From the NCBI RefSeq assembly GCF_009914755.1, contig NC_060939.1: DNA of 64,000 nucleotides; one strand, 5' to 3'. This DNA is from the human T2T-CHM13v2.0 reference genome, Homo sapiens. The notes under the pieces are model-generated. The model saw nothing but the letters and a program-made list of their open reading frames with translations. It searched no databases and was not told the DNA's origin. Position numbers and translations under genes: made by a program. Below are positions 17,158-30,351 of this stretch, in pieces (position 1 is the first letter of the stretch; every line of letters begins with the position of its first letter).

Positions 17158-17430
17158 TTGTCTTTCTTTCTGTCTCTGTCTCTCTCTCTCTCTCTGTGTG
17201 TCTGTCTTCTGTCTTACTGTCTTTCTCTGCCTGTCTGTCTGTCTGTCTCTCTCTGTCTGTCTCTCTCTCTCTCTCCCCCCTGTCGGCTGTTTCTCTGTCT
17301 CTGTCTGTGTCTCTCTTTCTGTCTGTTTCTCTCTGTCTGTCTTTCTCTCTCTGTCTCTTTCTCTCTGTCTCTCTGTCTGTCTCTGTCTCTCTCTCTGTCT
17401 CTCTCTCTCTGTGGGGGGGTGTGTGTGTGT

Positions 17431-17467
<37 letters not shown>

Positions 17468-17718
17468 TGCCTTCTGTCTTACTCTCTTTCTCTGCCTGTC
17501 TGTCTGCCTGTCTGTTTGTCTCTCTCTCTCTGCCTGTCTCTCTCCCTTCCTGTCTGTTTCTCTCTCTTTCTGTTTCTCTCTGTCTCTGTCCATCTCTGTC
17601 TTTCTCCGTCTGTCTCTTTATCTGTCTCTCTCCGTCTGTCTCTTTATCTGTCTCTCTCTCTCTTTCTGTCTTTCTCTCTCTGTGTATCGTTGTCTCTCTC
17701 TGTCTGTCTCTGTCTCTG

Positions 17719-17751
<33 letters not shown>

Positions 17752-17812
17752 GTCTGTCTGTCCGTCTGTCTGTCTCGGTCTCTGGCTCTCGCTATCTCCC
17801 GCCCTCTCTTTT
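16516..17812 (+). repeat. Third CT-rich block with internal (GT)n at 17411-17466
   Basis: Same cttctgtctta motif family as the LR blocks (5 copies). Confidence 0.93.
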
Positions 17813-19094
17813 TTTGCAAAAGAAGCTCAAGTACATCTAATCTAATCCCTTACCAAGGCCTGAATTCTTCACTTCTGACATCCCAGATTTGATCTCCCTA
17901 CAGAATGCTGTACAGAACTGGCGAGTTGATTTCTGGACTTGGATACCTCATAGAAACTACATATGAATAAAGATCCAATCCTAAAATCTGGGGTGGCTTC
18001 TCCCTCGACTGTCTCGAAAAATCGTACCTCTGTTCCCCTAGGATGCCGGAAGAGTTTTCTCAATGTGCATCTGCCCGTGTCCTAAGTGATCTGTGACCGA
18101 GCCCTGTCCGTCCTGTCTCAAATATGTACGTGCAAACACTTCTCTCCATTTCCACAACTACCCACGGCCCCTTGTGGAACCACTGGCTCTTTGAAAAAAA
18201 TCCCAGAAGTGGTTTTGGCTTTTTGGCTAGGAGGCCTAAGCCTGCTGAGAACTTTCCTGCCCAGGATCCTGTGTGACCAAAAGTGCCTCTGCTGGGAGCT
18301 GGGATCCTCGGGACCATGCTTGCTAGCGCTGGATGAGTCTCTGGAAGGACGCACGGGACTCCGCAAAGCTGACCTGTCCCACCGAGGTCAAATGGATACC
18401 TCTGCATTGGCCCGAGGCCTCCGAAGTACATCACCGTCACCAACCGTCACCGTCAGCATCCTTGTGAGCCTGCCCAAGGCCCCGCCTCCGGGGAGACTCT
18501 TGGGAGCCCGGCCTTCGTCGGCTAAAGTCCAAAGGGATGGTGACTTCCACCCACAAGGTCCCCACTGAACGGCGAAGATGTGGAGCGTAGGTCAGAGAGG
18601 GGACCAGGAGGGGAGACGTCCCGACAGGCGACGAGTTCCCAAGGCTCTGGCCACCCCACCCACGCCCCACGCCCCACGTCCCGGGCACCCGCGGGACACC
18701 GCCGCTTTATCCCCTCCTCTGTCCACAGCCGGCCCCACCCCACCACGCAACCCACGCACACACGCTGGAGGTTCCAAAACCACACGGTGTGACTAGAGCC
18801 TGACGGAGCGAGAGCCCATTTCACGAGGTGGGAGGGGTGGGGGTGGGGTGGGTTGGGGGTTGTGGGGTCTGTGGCGAGCCCGATTCTCCCTCTTGGGTGG
18901 CTACAGGCTAGAAATGAATATCGCTTCTTGGGCGGAGGGGCTTCCTTAGGCCATCACCGCTTGCGGGACTACCTCTCAAACCCTCCCTTGAGGCCACAAA
19001 ATAGATTCCACCCCACCCATCGACGTTTCCCCCGGGTGCTGGATGTATCCTGTCAAGAGACCTGAGCCTGACACCGTCGAATTAAACACCTTGA

Positions 19095-19345
<251 letters not shown>

Positions 19346-19370
19346 TCATTCCGTGCCACAGAGAGACTTC

Positions 19371-22300
19371 TTTTTTTTTTTTTTTTTAAGCGCAACGCAA
19401 CATGTCTGCCTTATTTGAGTGGCTTCCTATATCATTATAATTGTGTTATAGATGAAGAAACGGTATTAAACACTGTGCTAATGATAGTGAAAGTGAAGAC
19501 AAAAGAAAGGCTATCTATTTTGTGGTTAGAATAAAGTTGCTCAGTATTTAGAGCTACCTAAATACGTCAGCATTTACACTCTTCCTAGTAAAAGCTGGCC
19601 AATCTGAATAATCCTCCTTTAAACAAACACAATTTTTGATAGGGTTAAGATTTTTTTAAGAATGCGACTCCTGCAAAATAGCTGAACAGACGATACACAT
19701 TTAAAAAAATAACAACACAAGGATCAACCAGACTTGGGAAAAAATCGAAAACCACACAAGTCTTATGAAGAACTGAGTTCTTAAAATAGGACGGAGAACG
19801 TAGCTATCGGAAGAGAAGGCAGTATTGGCAAGTTGATTGTTACGTTGGTCAGCAGTAGCTGGCACTATCTTTTTGGCCATCTTTCGGGCAATGTAACTAC
19901 TACAGCAAAATGAGATATGATCCATGAAACAACATATTCGCAAATCAAAAAGTGTTTCAGTAATATAATGCTTCAGATTTAGAAGCAAATCAAATGATAG
20001 AACTCCACTGCTGTAATAAGTCACCCCAAAGATCACCGTATCTGACAAAATAACTACCACAGGGTTATGACTTCAGAATCATACTTTCTCTTGATATTTA
20101 CTTATGTATGTATTTATTTTTTTTAATTTATTTCTCTTGAGACGGCGTCTCGCTCTGTCGCCCAGGCTGGAGTGCGATGGTGTGATCTCGGCTCACTGCA
20201 ACCGCCACCTCCCTGGGTTCAAGCGATTCTCCTGCCTCAGCCTCCCGAGTAGCTGGGACTACAGGTGCCCGCCACCACGCCCAGCTAATCTTTATACTTT
20301 TAATAGAGACGGGGTTTCACCGTGTCGGCCCGGATGGTCTCGATCTCTTGACCTCGTGACCCGCCCGCCTCGGCCTCCCAAAGTGCTGGGATGACAGGCG
20401 TGAGCCACTGAGCCCGGCCTTCTCTTGACGTTTAAACTATGAAGTCAGTCCAGAGAAACGCAATAAATGTCAACGGTGAGGATGGTGTTGAGGCAGAAGT
20501 AGGACCACACTTTTTCCTATCTTATTCAGTTGATAACAATATGACCTAGGTAGTAATTTCCTATGTGCCTACTTATACACGAGTACAAAAGAGTAAAACA
20601 GAGAGACTGCTAAATTAAAGGGTACGTGAAGTTCTTCATAGTAACTCCGTAAACTGGAACACTGTCAAAAAGCAGCAGCTAGTGAATTGTTTCCATGTAT
20701 TTTTCTATGATCCAATAAGTGAACTATGCTATTCCTTTCCAGTCTCCCAAGCACTTCTTGTCCCCATCACCACTTCGGTGCTCGAAGAAAAAGTAACAAA
20801 TCAAGGAACACAACTAAAGAAACACACACACAAACCAAAGACAACTACAGCGTCTGCAAAAGTTTGCTAGAAGACTGAAACTGTTGAGTATAAGGATCTG
20901 GTATTCTACGATGATCATGAGTTCACTTCAGAGTTTGTTCAAGACATACGTTTCGTAAGGAAACATCTTAGTTAGAAGTTATTCAGCAGTAGGTACCATC
21001 CCTAAGTATTTTTCACCAAATTCGTGACAATAAAGAGCTATCTAACCAGAAAAATTAGCGAGTACCGGCACCATCCATAGGGCTTTGTCTTTACGCTTCA
21101 TTAGCACTTACCATGCCTTACAATGTCTAGGATTGACCCTGATAGCATTTCGAAAACAAGCTAATGCTTTGTCCAGTTCTTCAGTGAAGACAAGCTCACG
21201 CCCTAATGCGCTATAGGCATAAGCATCATTTGGATCCACTTCGAGAGTTCTCTGGAAGAATTGAATCGCAATATCGTGTTCCCGTTGCAGACCGAAACAG
21301 TTCCCTGCAGCACACCAGGCCTCTGGCTGGCGAATTTTTATCCATGTCTGTGAAGTCTTTGGACAGAACTGAAAGAGCAACCTCTTTCGGAGGATGCCAA
21401 AGTGTTGTAGAGTAGATCTCCATGCCTTCGACTCTGTAATTCTCAATCCTCCTAACCTCTGAGAATTGTCTTTCAGCTTGCGTGGACTCTGAAAGTTTAC
21501 AATAGGCCCTTCCGATTTGGCACAGTACCCAACCGGTATTGCAGTGGTGAGAAGCTAGATGGCTCAAGATGCTGATAGCTTCTTTGCCGTGGTAAGAACA
21601 CAAAGCTAAATAACCTTTCCCCCTTTCACGAAGAAGGCTCATCAAGCCTTCCGCTGCTGCTTTTTGTAGATTAAAAGCCTGAATCTGAGGCGCGATTGCG
21701 GCTATTTTCCCTTCTGAAATGACGGAAGAGTCCAATTTTGTCACTTCCAGGCTATCACTTATGTTCGGTGGAGTTATTGCTCCTTTATTAGTTTTACTTT
21801 TGGTTCTTCTGTTTGGGATTTTAGGTGGAAACTTCATTTTTAATTTTCTCCTATTCTCCTCGGTTGTGGAGCTGTCACTAGTCAAGAGTCGTGAATTTCT
21901 TCGAGGCGGTGCATTTGGGGGAGATGCCATAGTGGGGCTCAATACCTGAGGTGTTGCCCTTGTCGGCGGACCAGAACTTTGTGTTTTTGCAAGGACTGGA
22001 GTTACCTTTCGGCTCTTTCCCCTCTGCGAGAAGACAGACGGTGTTCCGGTTTGGCCGATTCTGGCAACAGGCTTTTCTGAAGGGGCTCCGGTGGATGGCA
22101 CGTCAATGACAGACGGTGTCTCATACCAGTGCAGTTTTGTCAATAGGGTCCGTCTCCGGGACTTGGGGTTTCTAATGGCAAAATGCCAACACTTGGGGTT
22201 AATGGACTAACAGCTGCTGGTCCTCCTAATAAACTTCGACCAGTTTTTGGTTTATGTTGAACCTGTTTAGATCATATGGAAGTTCCTGTTCCCAGTGGGA

Positions 22301-23172
22301 CAGTATCAGGTGAAAGGACAGCTGAATCGATAGAAGACACTGGGGAGTCTGTATTCAAGGAGTACTTTGAATTGGAAGATTCTAAATTCCATCCGTTTCA
22401 TTCGACGGTGTCCTGGGGTGTTTCCGTAAGAACGGTCTCGGGCTGTCTGTGACATAAACTAGGACGAGGTCCAAGTGTTGTGGCGCAACACTTGGACAGG
22501 CAGTTGCTAAAGCTCTCTAGAGAGGTGAATCAAAATGTTTGGTCAGGATCTGGCTTTTCCCCCCTATTTCACATCATGATTCAAAGGGACACCAGAGGAA
22601 AGGATTTCAACGAAGGCTCTTTTGGTCACATTCTGATCCTTTGGTAAGCCGATCTGTCTTGCAATATACATGTCCCGACGATGGAAGGGGAAAGCGAGCT
22701 GAATCACCAAACTCAGGAACGATAATATCATCGTGGCTTTTCTGCTTATGAAACACTCCACCCGATAAGATTTGATCCCCTTCTGCAAGCTTGCTGAGAT
22801 CAACACAACATTTCGCAAGCAGGCATTTGCATTGCGGGGTAGTACAACTGTGTCCTTTCAAGAGTCTATATGTTTTATAGGCCTTTCCTGAGCGGTAAGA
22901 ACAGGTCGCCAGTAAGAACAAGGCTTCTTCTGAGTGTACTTCTGCATAAAGGCGTTCTGCGGGGGAAACCGCATCTCGGTAGGCATAGTGGTTTAGTGCT
23001 TGCCATATAGCAGCCTGGACGGGTCCCTGCAGCACCGCCATCCTCGAGGCTCAGGCCCACTTTCTGCAGTGCCACAGGCACCCCCCCCCCCCCCCATAGC
23101 GGCTCCGGCCCGGCCAGCCTCGGCTCATTTAAAGGCACCAGCCGCCGTTACCGGGGGATGGGGGAGTCCGAG
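19371..23172 (-). pseudogene. CDC27P: CDC27 (APC3) semi-processed retro-pseudogene: 5'UTR, frameshifted CDS (ATG 23041 to 21112), intron-like tail, poly(A)
   Basis: Minus-strand ORFs MAVLQGPVQAAIWQALNHYAYRDAV..., ...QAFNLQKAAAEGLMSLLRE..., PEAWCAAGNCF...RNAIRVNPRH match CDC27 TPR regions in different frames; T17 at 19371-19387; TSD 19358-19373 / 23173-23188. Confidence 0.95.
20101..20419 (-). mobile_element. Full-length Alu (AluSc/Y-like) nested in the CDC27 pseudogene tail, with TSD
   Basis: ggatggtctcgatctc..gacctcgtga; TSD ttctcttgatattta (20086-20100) / ttctcttgacgttta (20420-20434). Confidence 0.9.
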
Positions 23173-23697
23173 ACAGAATGACTTCTTTATCCTGCTGACT
23201 CTGGAAAGCCCGGCGCCTTGTGATCCATTGCAAACCGAGAGTCACCTCGTGTTTAGAACACGGATCCACTCCCAAGTTCAGTGGGGGGATGTGAGGGGTG
23301 TGGCAGGTAGGACGAAGGACTCTCTTCCTTCTGATTCGGTCTGCACAGTGGGGCCTAGGGCTGGAGCTCTCTCCGTGCGGACCGCTGACTCCCTCTACCT
23401 TGGGTTCCCTCGGCCCCACCCTGGAACGCCGGGCCTTGGCAGATTCTGGCCCTTCCTGGCCCTTCAGTCGCTGTCAGAAACCCCATCTCATGCTCGGATG
23501 CCCCGAGTGACTGTGGCTCGCACCTCTCCGGAAACATTGGAAATCTCTCCTCTACGCGCGGCCACCTGAAACCACAGGAGCTCGGGACACACGTGCTTTC
23601 GGGAGAGAATGCTGAGAGTCTCTTGCCGACTCTCTCTTGACTTGAGTTCTTCGTGGGTGCGTGGTTAAGACGTAGTGAGACCAGATGTATTAACTCA

Positions 23698-23860
23698 GGC
23701 CGGGTGCTGGTGGCTCACGCCTGTAACCCCAACACTTTGGGAGGCCGAGGCCGTAGGATCCCTCGAGGAATCGCCTAACCCTGGGGAGGTTGAGGTTGCA
23801 GTGAGTGAGCCATAGTTGTGTCACTGTGCTCCAGTCTGGGCGAAAGACAGAATGAGGCCC
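23698..23860 (+). mobile_element. Alu monomer / internally deleted Alu followed by (GGCA)n
   Basis: ggccgggtgctggtggctcacgcctgtaacccc...gaggttgcagtgag. Confidence 0.8.
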
Positions 23861-23962
23861 TGCCACAGGCAGGCAGGCAGGCAGGCAGGCAGAAAGACAA
23901 CAGCTGTATTATGTTCTTCTCAGGGTAGGAAGCAAAAATAACAGAATACAGCACTTAATTAA

Positions 23963-24260
<298 letters not shown>

Positions 24261-24307
24261 GGCTACGTTTATTTATTTATTTTTTTAATTATTTTACTTT
24301 TTTTTAG

Positions 24308-24660
<353 letters not shown>

Positions 24661-24739
24661 TATTTATCTATTTATTAACTTTGAGTCCAGGTTATGAAAC
24701 CAGTTAGTTTTTGTAATTTTTTTTTTTTTTTTTTTTTTT

Positions 24740-24843
24740 TGAGACGAGGTTTCACCGTGTTGCCAAGGCTTGGACCGAGGGATCCACCGGCCCTCGGCCT
24801 CCCAAAAGTGCGGGGATGACAGGCGCGAGCCTACCGCGCCCGG
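24740..24843 (-). mobile_element. Alu left-monomer fragment
   Basis: gagacgaggtttcaccgtgttgcc...cctcggcctcccaaa. Confidence 0.75.
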
Positions 24844-25659
24844 ACCCCCCCTTTCCCCTTCCCCCGCTTGTCTTCCCGACAGACAGTTTCACGGCAGAGC
24901 GTTTGGCTGGCGTGCTTAAACTCATTCTAAATAGAAATTTGGGACGTCAGCTTCTGGCCTCACGGACTCTGAGCCGAGGAGTCCCCTGGTCTGTCTATCA
25001 CAGGACCGTACACGTAAGGAGGAGAAAAATCGTAACGTTCAAAGTCAGTCATTTTGTGATACAGAAATACACGGATTCACCCAAAACACAGAAAGCAGTC
25101 TTTTAGAAATGGCCTTAGCCCTGGTGTCCGTGCCAGTGATTCTTTTCGGTTTGGACCTTGACTGAGAGGATTCCCAGTCGGTCTCTCGTCTCTGGACGGA
25201 AGTTCCAGATGATCCGATGGGTGGGGGACTTAGGCTGCGTCCCCCCAGGAGCCCTGGTCGATTAGTTGTGGGGATCGCCTTGGAGGGCGCGGTGACCCAC
25301 TGTGCTGTGGGAGCCTCCATCCTTCCCCCCACCCCCTCCCCAGGGGATCCCAATTCATTCCGGGCTGACACGCTCACTGGCAGGCGTCGGGCATCACCTA
25401 GCGGTCACTGTTACTCTGAAAACGGAGGCCTCACAGAGGAAGGGAGCACCAGGCCGCCTGCGCACAGCCTGGGGCAACTGTGTCTTCTCCACCGCCCCCG
25501 CCCCCACCTCCAAGTTCCTCCCTCCCTTGTTGCCTAGGAAATCGCCACTTTGACGACCGGGTCTGATTGACCTTTGATCAGGCAAAAACGAACAAACAGA
25601 TAAATAAATAAAATAACACAAAAGTAACTAACTAAATAAAATAAGTCAATACAACCCAT

Positions 25660-25797
25660 TACAATACAATAAGATACGATACGATAGGATGCGATAGGAT
25701 ACGATAGGATACAATACAATACGATACGATACGATACAATACAATACAATACAATACAATACAATACAATACAATACAATACAATACAATACAATAC
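25660..25797. repeat. (ATACA/ATACG/ATAGG)n pentanucleotide repeat
   Basis: Direct reading. Confidence 0.92.
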
Positions 25798-26080
<283 letters not shown>

Positions 26081-26169
26081 AAATAAATACATAAATAAAT
26101 ACATACATACATACATACATACATACATACATAAATTAAAATAAATAAATAAAATAAAATAAATAAATG

Positions 26170-26634
<465 letters not shown>

Positions 26635-26906
26635 TTAACTTCATTTTATGTTATTATCATGATTGATGTTTCGAGACGGAGTCTCGGAGGCCCGCCCTCC
26701 CTGGTTGCCCAGACAACCCCGGGAGACAGACCCTGGCTGGGCCCGATTGTTCTTCTCCTTGGTCAGGGGTTTCCTTGTCTTTCTTCGTGTCTTTAACCCG
26801 CGTGGACTCTTCCGCTCGGGTTTGACAGATGGCAGCTCCACTTTAGGCCTTGTTGTTGTTGGGGACTTTCCTGATTCTCCCCAGATGTAGTGAAAGCAGG
26901 TAGATT

Positions 26907-26936
26907 TGCCTTGCCTGGACTTGCCTGGCCTTGCCT
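26907..26936. promoter_or_regulatory. p53-binding RGC (ribosomal gene cluster) element
   Basis: TGCCTTGCCT-GGACTTGCCT-GGCCTTGCCT, three tandem decamers; GGACTTGCCT fits RRRCWWGYYY. Confidence 0.85.
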
Positions 26937-27019
26937 TTTCTTTCTTTCTTTCTTTATTACTTTCTCTTTTTCTTCTTCTTCTTCTTCTTCTTCTTCTTCT
27001 TCTTCTTCTTTTTTTTTTT

Positions 27020-27300
27020 GAGACAGAGTTTCACTCTTGTTGCCCAGGCTAGAGGGCAATGGTGCGATCTCGGCTCACCGCACCCTCCGCCTCCCAGGTT
27101 CAAGCGATTCTCCTGCCTCAGCCTCCTGATTAGCTGGGATTACAGGCATGGGCCACCGTGCCTGGCTGATGTTTGTACTTTTAGTAGAGACGGTGTTTTT
27201 CCATGTTGGTCAGGCTGGTCTCCCACTCCCAACCTCAGGTGGTCCGCCTGCCTTAGCCTCCCAAAGTGCTGGGATGACAGGCGTGAGCCACCGCGCCCAG

Positions 27301-27302
<2 letters not shown>
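27020..27302 (-). mobile_element. Full-length Alu (AluSq/Sp-like) with (CTT)n-type tail
   Basis: gagacagagtttcactcttgttgcccagg...gagccaccgcgcccagcc. Confidence 0.92.
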
Positions 27303-27353
<51 letters not shown>

Positions 27354-28000
27354 CGCTTGCTTGCTTGCTTTCGTGCTTTCTTGCTTTCCCGTTTTCTTGC
27401 TTTCTTTCTTTCTTTCGTTTCTTTCATGCTTGCTTTCTTGCTTGCTTGCTTGCTTTCGTGCTTTCTTGCTTTCCTGTTTTCTTTTTCTTTCTTTCTTTCT
27501 TTCTTTCTTTTGTTTCTTTCTTGCTTGCTTTCTTGCTTGCTTGCTTGCTTTCGTGCTTTCTTGCTTTCCTGTTTTCTTTCTTTCTTTCTTTCTTTTGTTT
27601 CTTTCTTGCTTGCTTTCTTGCTTGCTTGCTTTCGTGCTTTCTTGTTTTCTCGATTTCTTTCTTTCTTTTGTTTCTTTCCTGCTTGCTTTCTTGCTTGATT
27701 GCTTTCGTGCTTTCTTGCTTTCTTGTTTTCTTTCTTTCTTTTGTTTCTTTCTTTCTTGCTTCCTTGTTTTCTTGCTTTCTTGCTTGCTTGCTTTCGTGCT
27801 TTCTTGTTTTCTTGCTTTCTTTCTTTTGTTTCTTTCTTGCTTGCTTTCTTGCTTCCTTGTTTTCTTGCTTTCTTGCTTGCTTGCTTTCGTGCTTTCTTTC
27901 TTGCTTTCTTTTCTTTCTTTCTTTTCTTTTTCTTTCTTTCTTGCTTTCTTTTCTTTCATTCATTCATTCTTTCTTTCTTTCCTTTCTTTCTTTCTTTCTT

Positions 28001-28047
<47 letters not shown>

Positions 28048-28048
28048 G
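27303..28048 (+). repeat. (CT)n plus ~73-95 bp (TTGC/TTTC) minisatellite, 7 units
   Basis: gctttcgtgctttc anchor at ~27372, 27457, 27552, 27633, 27706, 27795, 27888. Confidence 0.88.
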
Positions 28049-28060
28049 TTTCGTCCTTTT

Positions 28061-28350
<290 letters not shown>

Positions 28351-29479
28351 TGTTGACTCATTTCGCTTTTTTATTTCTTTCGTTTCCACGCGTTTACTTA
28401 TATGTATTAATGTAAACGTTTCTGTACGCTTATATGCAAACAACGACAACGTGTATCTCTGCGTTGAATACTCTTGCGTATGGTAAATACGTATCGGTTG
28501 TATGGAAATAGACTTCTGTATGATAGATGTAGGTGTTTGTGTTATACAAATAAATACACATCGCTCTATAAAGAAGGGATCGTCGATAAAGACGTTTATT
28601 TTACGTATGAAAAGCGTCGTATTTATGTGTGTAAATGAACGAGCGTACGTAGTTATCTCTGTTTTCTTTCTTCCTCTCCTTCGTGTTTTTCTTCCTTCCT
28701 TTCTTCCTTTCTCTCCTTCTTTAGGTTTTTCTTCCTCTCTTCCTTTCCTTCTTTCTCTCTTTCTGTCCTTTTTTCCTTCGTGCTTTATTTCTCTTTCGTT
28801 CCCTGTGTTTCCTTCTTTTTTCTTTCCTCTCTGTTTCTTTTTCCCTTCTTTCCTTCGTTTCTTTCCTCATTCTTTCTCTCTTTTTCGTGTTTCTTTCCTT
28901 TCCGTCTGTCTTTTAAAAAATGGAGTGTTTCAGAAGTTTACTTTGTGTATCTACGTTTTCTAAATTGTCTCTCTTTTCTCCATTTTCTTCCTCCCTCCCT
29001 CCCTCCCTCCCTCCCTGCTCCCTTCCCTCCCTCCTTCCCTTTCGCCATCTGTCTCTTTTCCCCACTCCCCTCCCCCCGTCTGTCTCTGCGTGGATTCCGG
29101 AAGAGCCTACGCATTCTGCCTCTCCGTGTGTCTGCAGCGACCCGCGACCGAGTCCTTGTGTGTTCTTTCTCCCTCCCTCCCTCCCTCCCTCCCTCCCTCC
29201 CTCCCTGCTTCCGAGAGGCATCTCCAAACACCCACGCGCCGTGGGTTGTCTTCTGACTCTGTCGCGGTCGAGGCAGAGACGCGTTTTGGGCACCGTTTGT
29301 GTGGGGTTGGGGCAGAGGGGCTGCGTTTTCGGCCTCGGGAAGAGCTTCTCGACTCACGGTTTCGCTTTCGCGGTCCACGGGCCGCCCTGCCAGCCGGATC
29401 TGTCTCGCTGACGTCCGCGGCGGTTGTCGGGCTCCATCTGGCGGCCGCTTTGAGATCGTGCTCTCGGCTTCCGGAGCTG

Positions 29480-29695
29480 CGGTGGCAGCTGCCGAGGGAG
29501 GGGACCGTCCCCGCTGTGAGCTAGGCAGAGCTCCGGAAAGCCCGCGGTCGTCAGCCCGGCTGGCCCGGTGGCGCCAGAGCTGTGGCGCGTCGCTTGTGAG
29601 TCACAGCTCTGGCGTGCAGGTTTATGTGGGGGAGAGGCTGTCGCTGCGCTTCTGGGCCCGCGGCGGGCGTGGGGCTGCCCGGGCCGGTCGACCAG
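29480..29695 (+). promoter_or_regulatory. Putative Pol I spacer promoter with downstream Tsp Sal-box
   Basis: GGTCGACCAG at 29686-29695 (~-645); aggtttatgt...ttctgggccc resembles core promoter aggtatatct...ttttgggccg; upstream limit approximate. Confidence 0.55.
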
Positions 29696-30157
29696 CGCGC
29701 CGTAGCTCCCGAGGCCCGAGCCGCGACCCGCGGGGACCCGCCGCGCGTGGCGCGGGAGGCTGGGGACGCCCTTCCCGGCCCGGTCGCGGGTCCGCGCTCA
29801 TCCTGGCCGTCTGAGGCGGCGGCCGAATTCGTTTCCGAGTCCCCGTGGGGAGCCGGGGACCGTCCCGCCCCCGTCCCCCGGGTGCCGGGGAGCGGTCCCC
29901 GGGCCGGGCCGCGGTCCCTCTGCCGCGATCCTTTCTGGCGAGTCCCCGTGCGGAGTCGGAGAGCGCTCCCTGAGCGCGCGTGCGGCCCGAGAGGTCGCGC
30001 CTGGCCGGCCTTCGGTCCCTCGTGTGTCCCGGTCGTAGGAGGGGCCGGCCGAAAATGCTTCCGGCTCCCGCTCTGGAGACACGGGCCGGCCCCCTGCGTG
30101 TGGCACGGGCGGCCGGGAGGGCGTCCCCGGCCCGGCGCTGCTCCCGCGTGTGTCCTG

Positions 30158-30168
30158 GGGTTGACCAG
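30158..30168 (+). terminator. T0 promoter-proximal TTF1 site
   Basis: GGGTTGACCAG, one mismatch to the Sal box, at -176..-166. Confidence 0.85.
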
Positions 30169-30177
30169 AGGGCCCCG

Positions 30178-30351
30178 GGCGCTCCGTGTGTGGCTGCGAT
30201 GGTGGCGTTTTTGGGGACAGGTGTCCGTGTCGCGCGTCGCCTGGGCCGGCGGCGTGGTCGGTGACGCGACCTCCCGGCCCCGGGGGAGGTATATCTTTCG
30301 CTCCGAGTCGGCATTTTGGGCCGCCGGGTTATTGCTGACACGCTGTCCTCT
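30178..30351 (+). promoter_or_regulatory. RNA polymerase I promoter: UCE (~30178-30227) and core (~30289-30351); TSS 30334
   Basis: ggtatatctttcgctccgagtcggcattttgggccgccgggttatt|GCTGACACGCTGTCCTCTGG, the human rDNA start sequence. Confidence 0.95.

Noticed and set aside
21108-23041. Functional CDC27 gene
   Set aside because: Homology is split across several frames with early stops (e.g. QKSLR*), it is C-terminally truncated, and it has poly(A) and a TSD.
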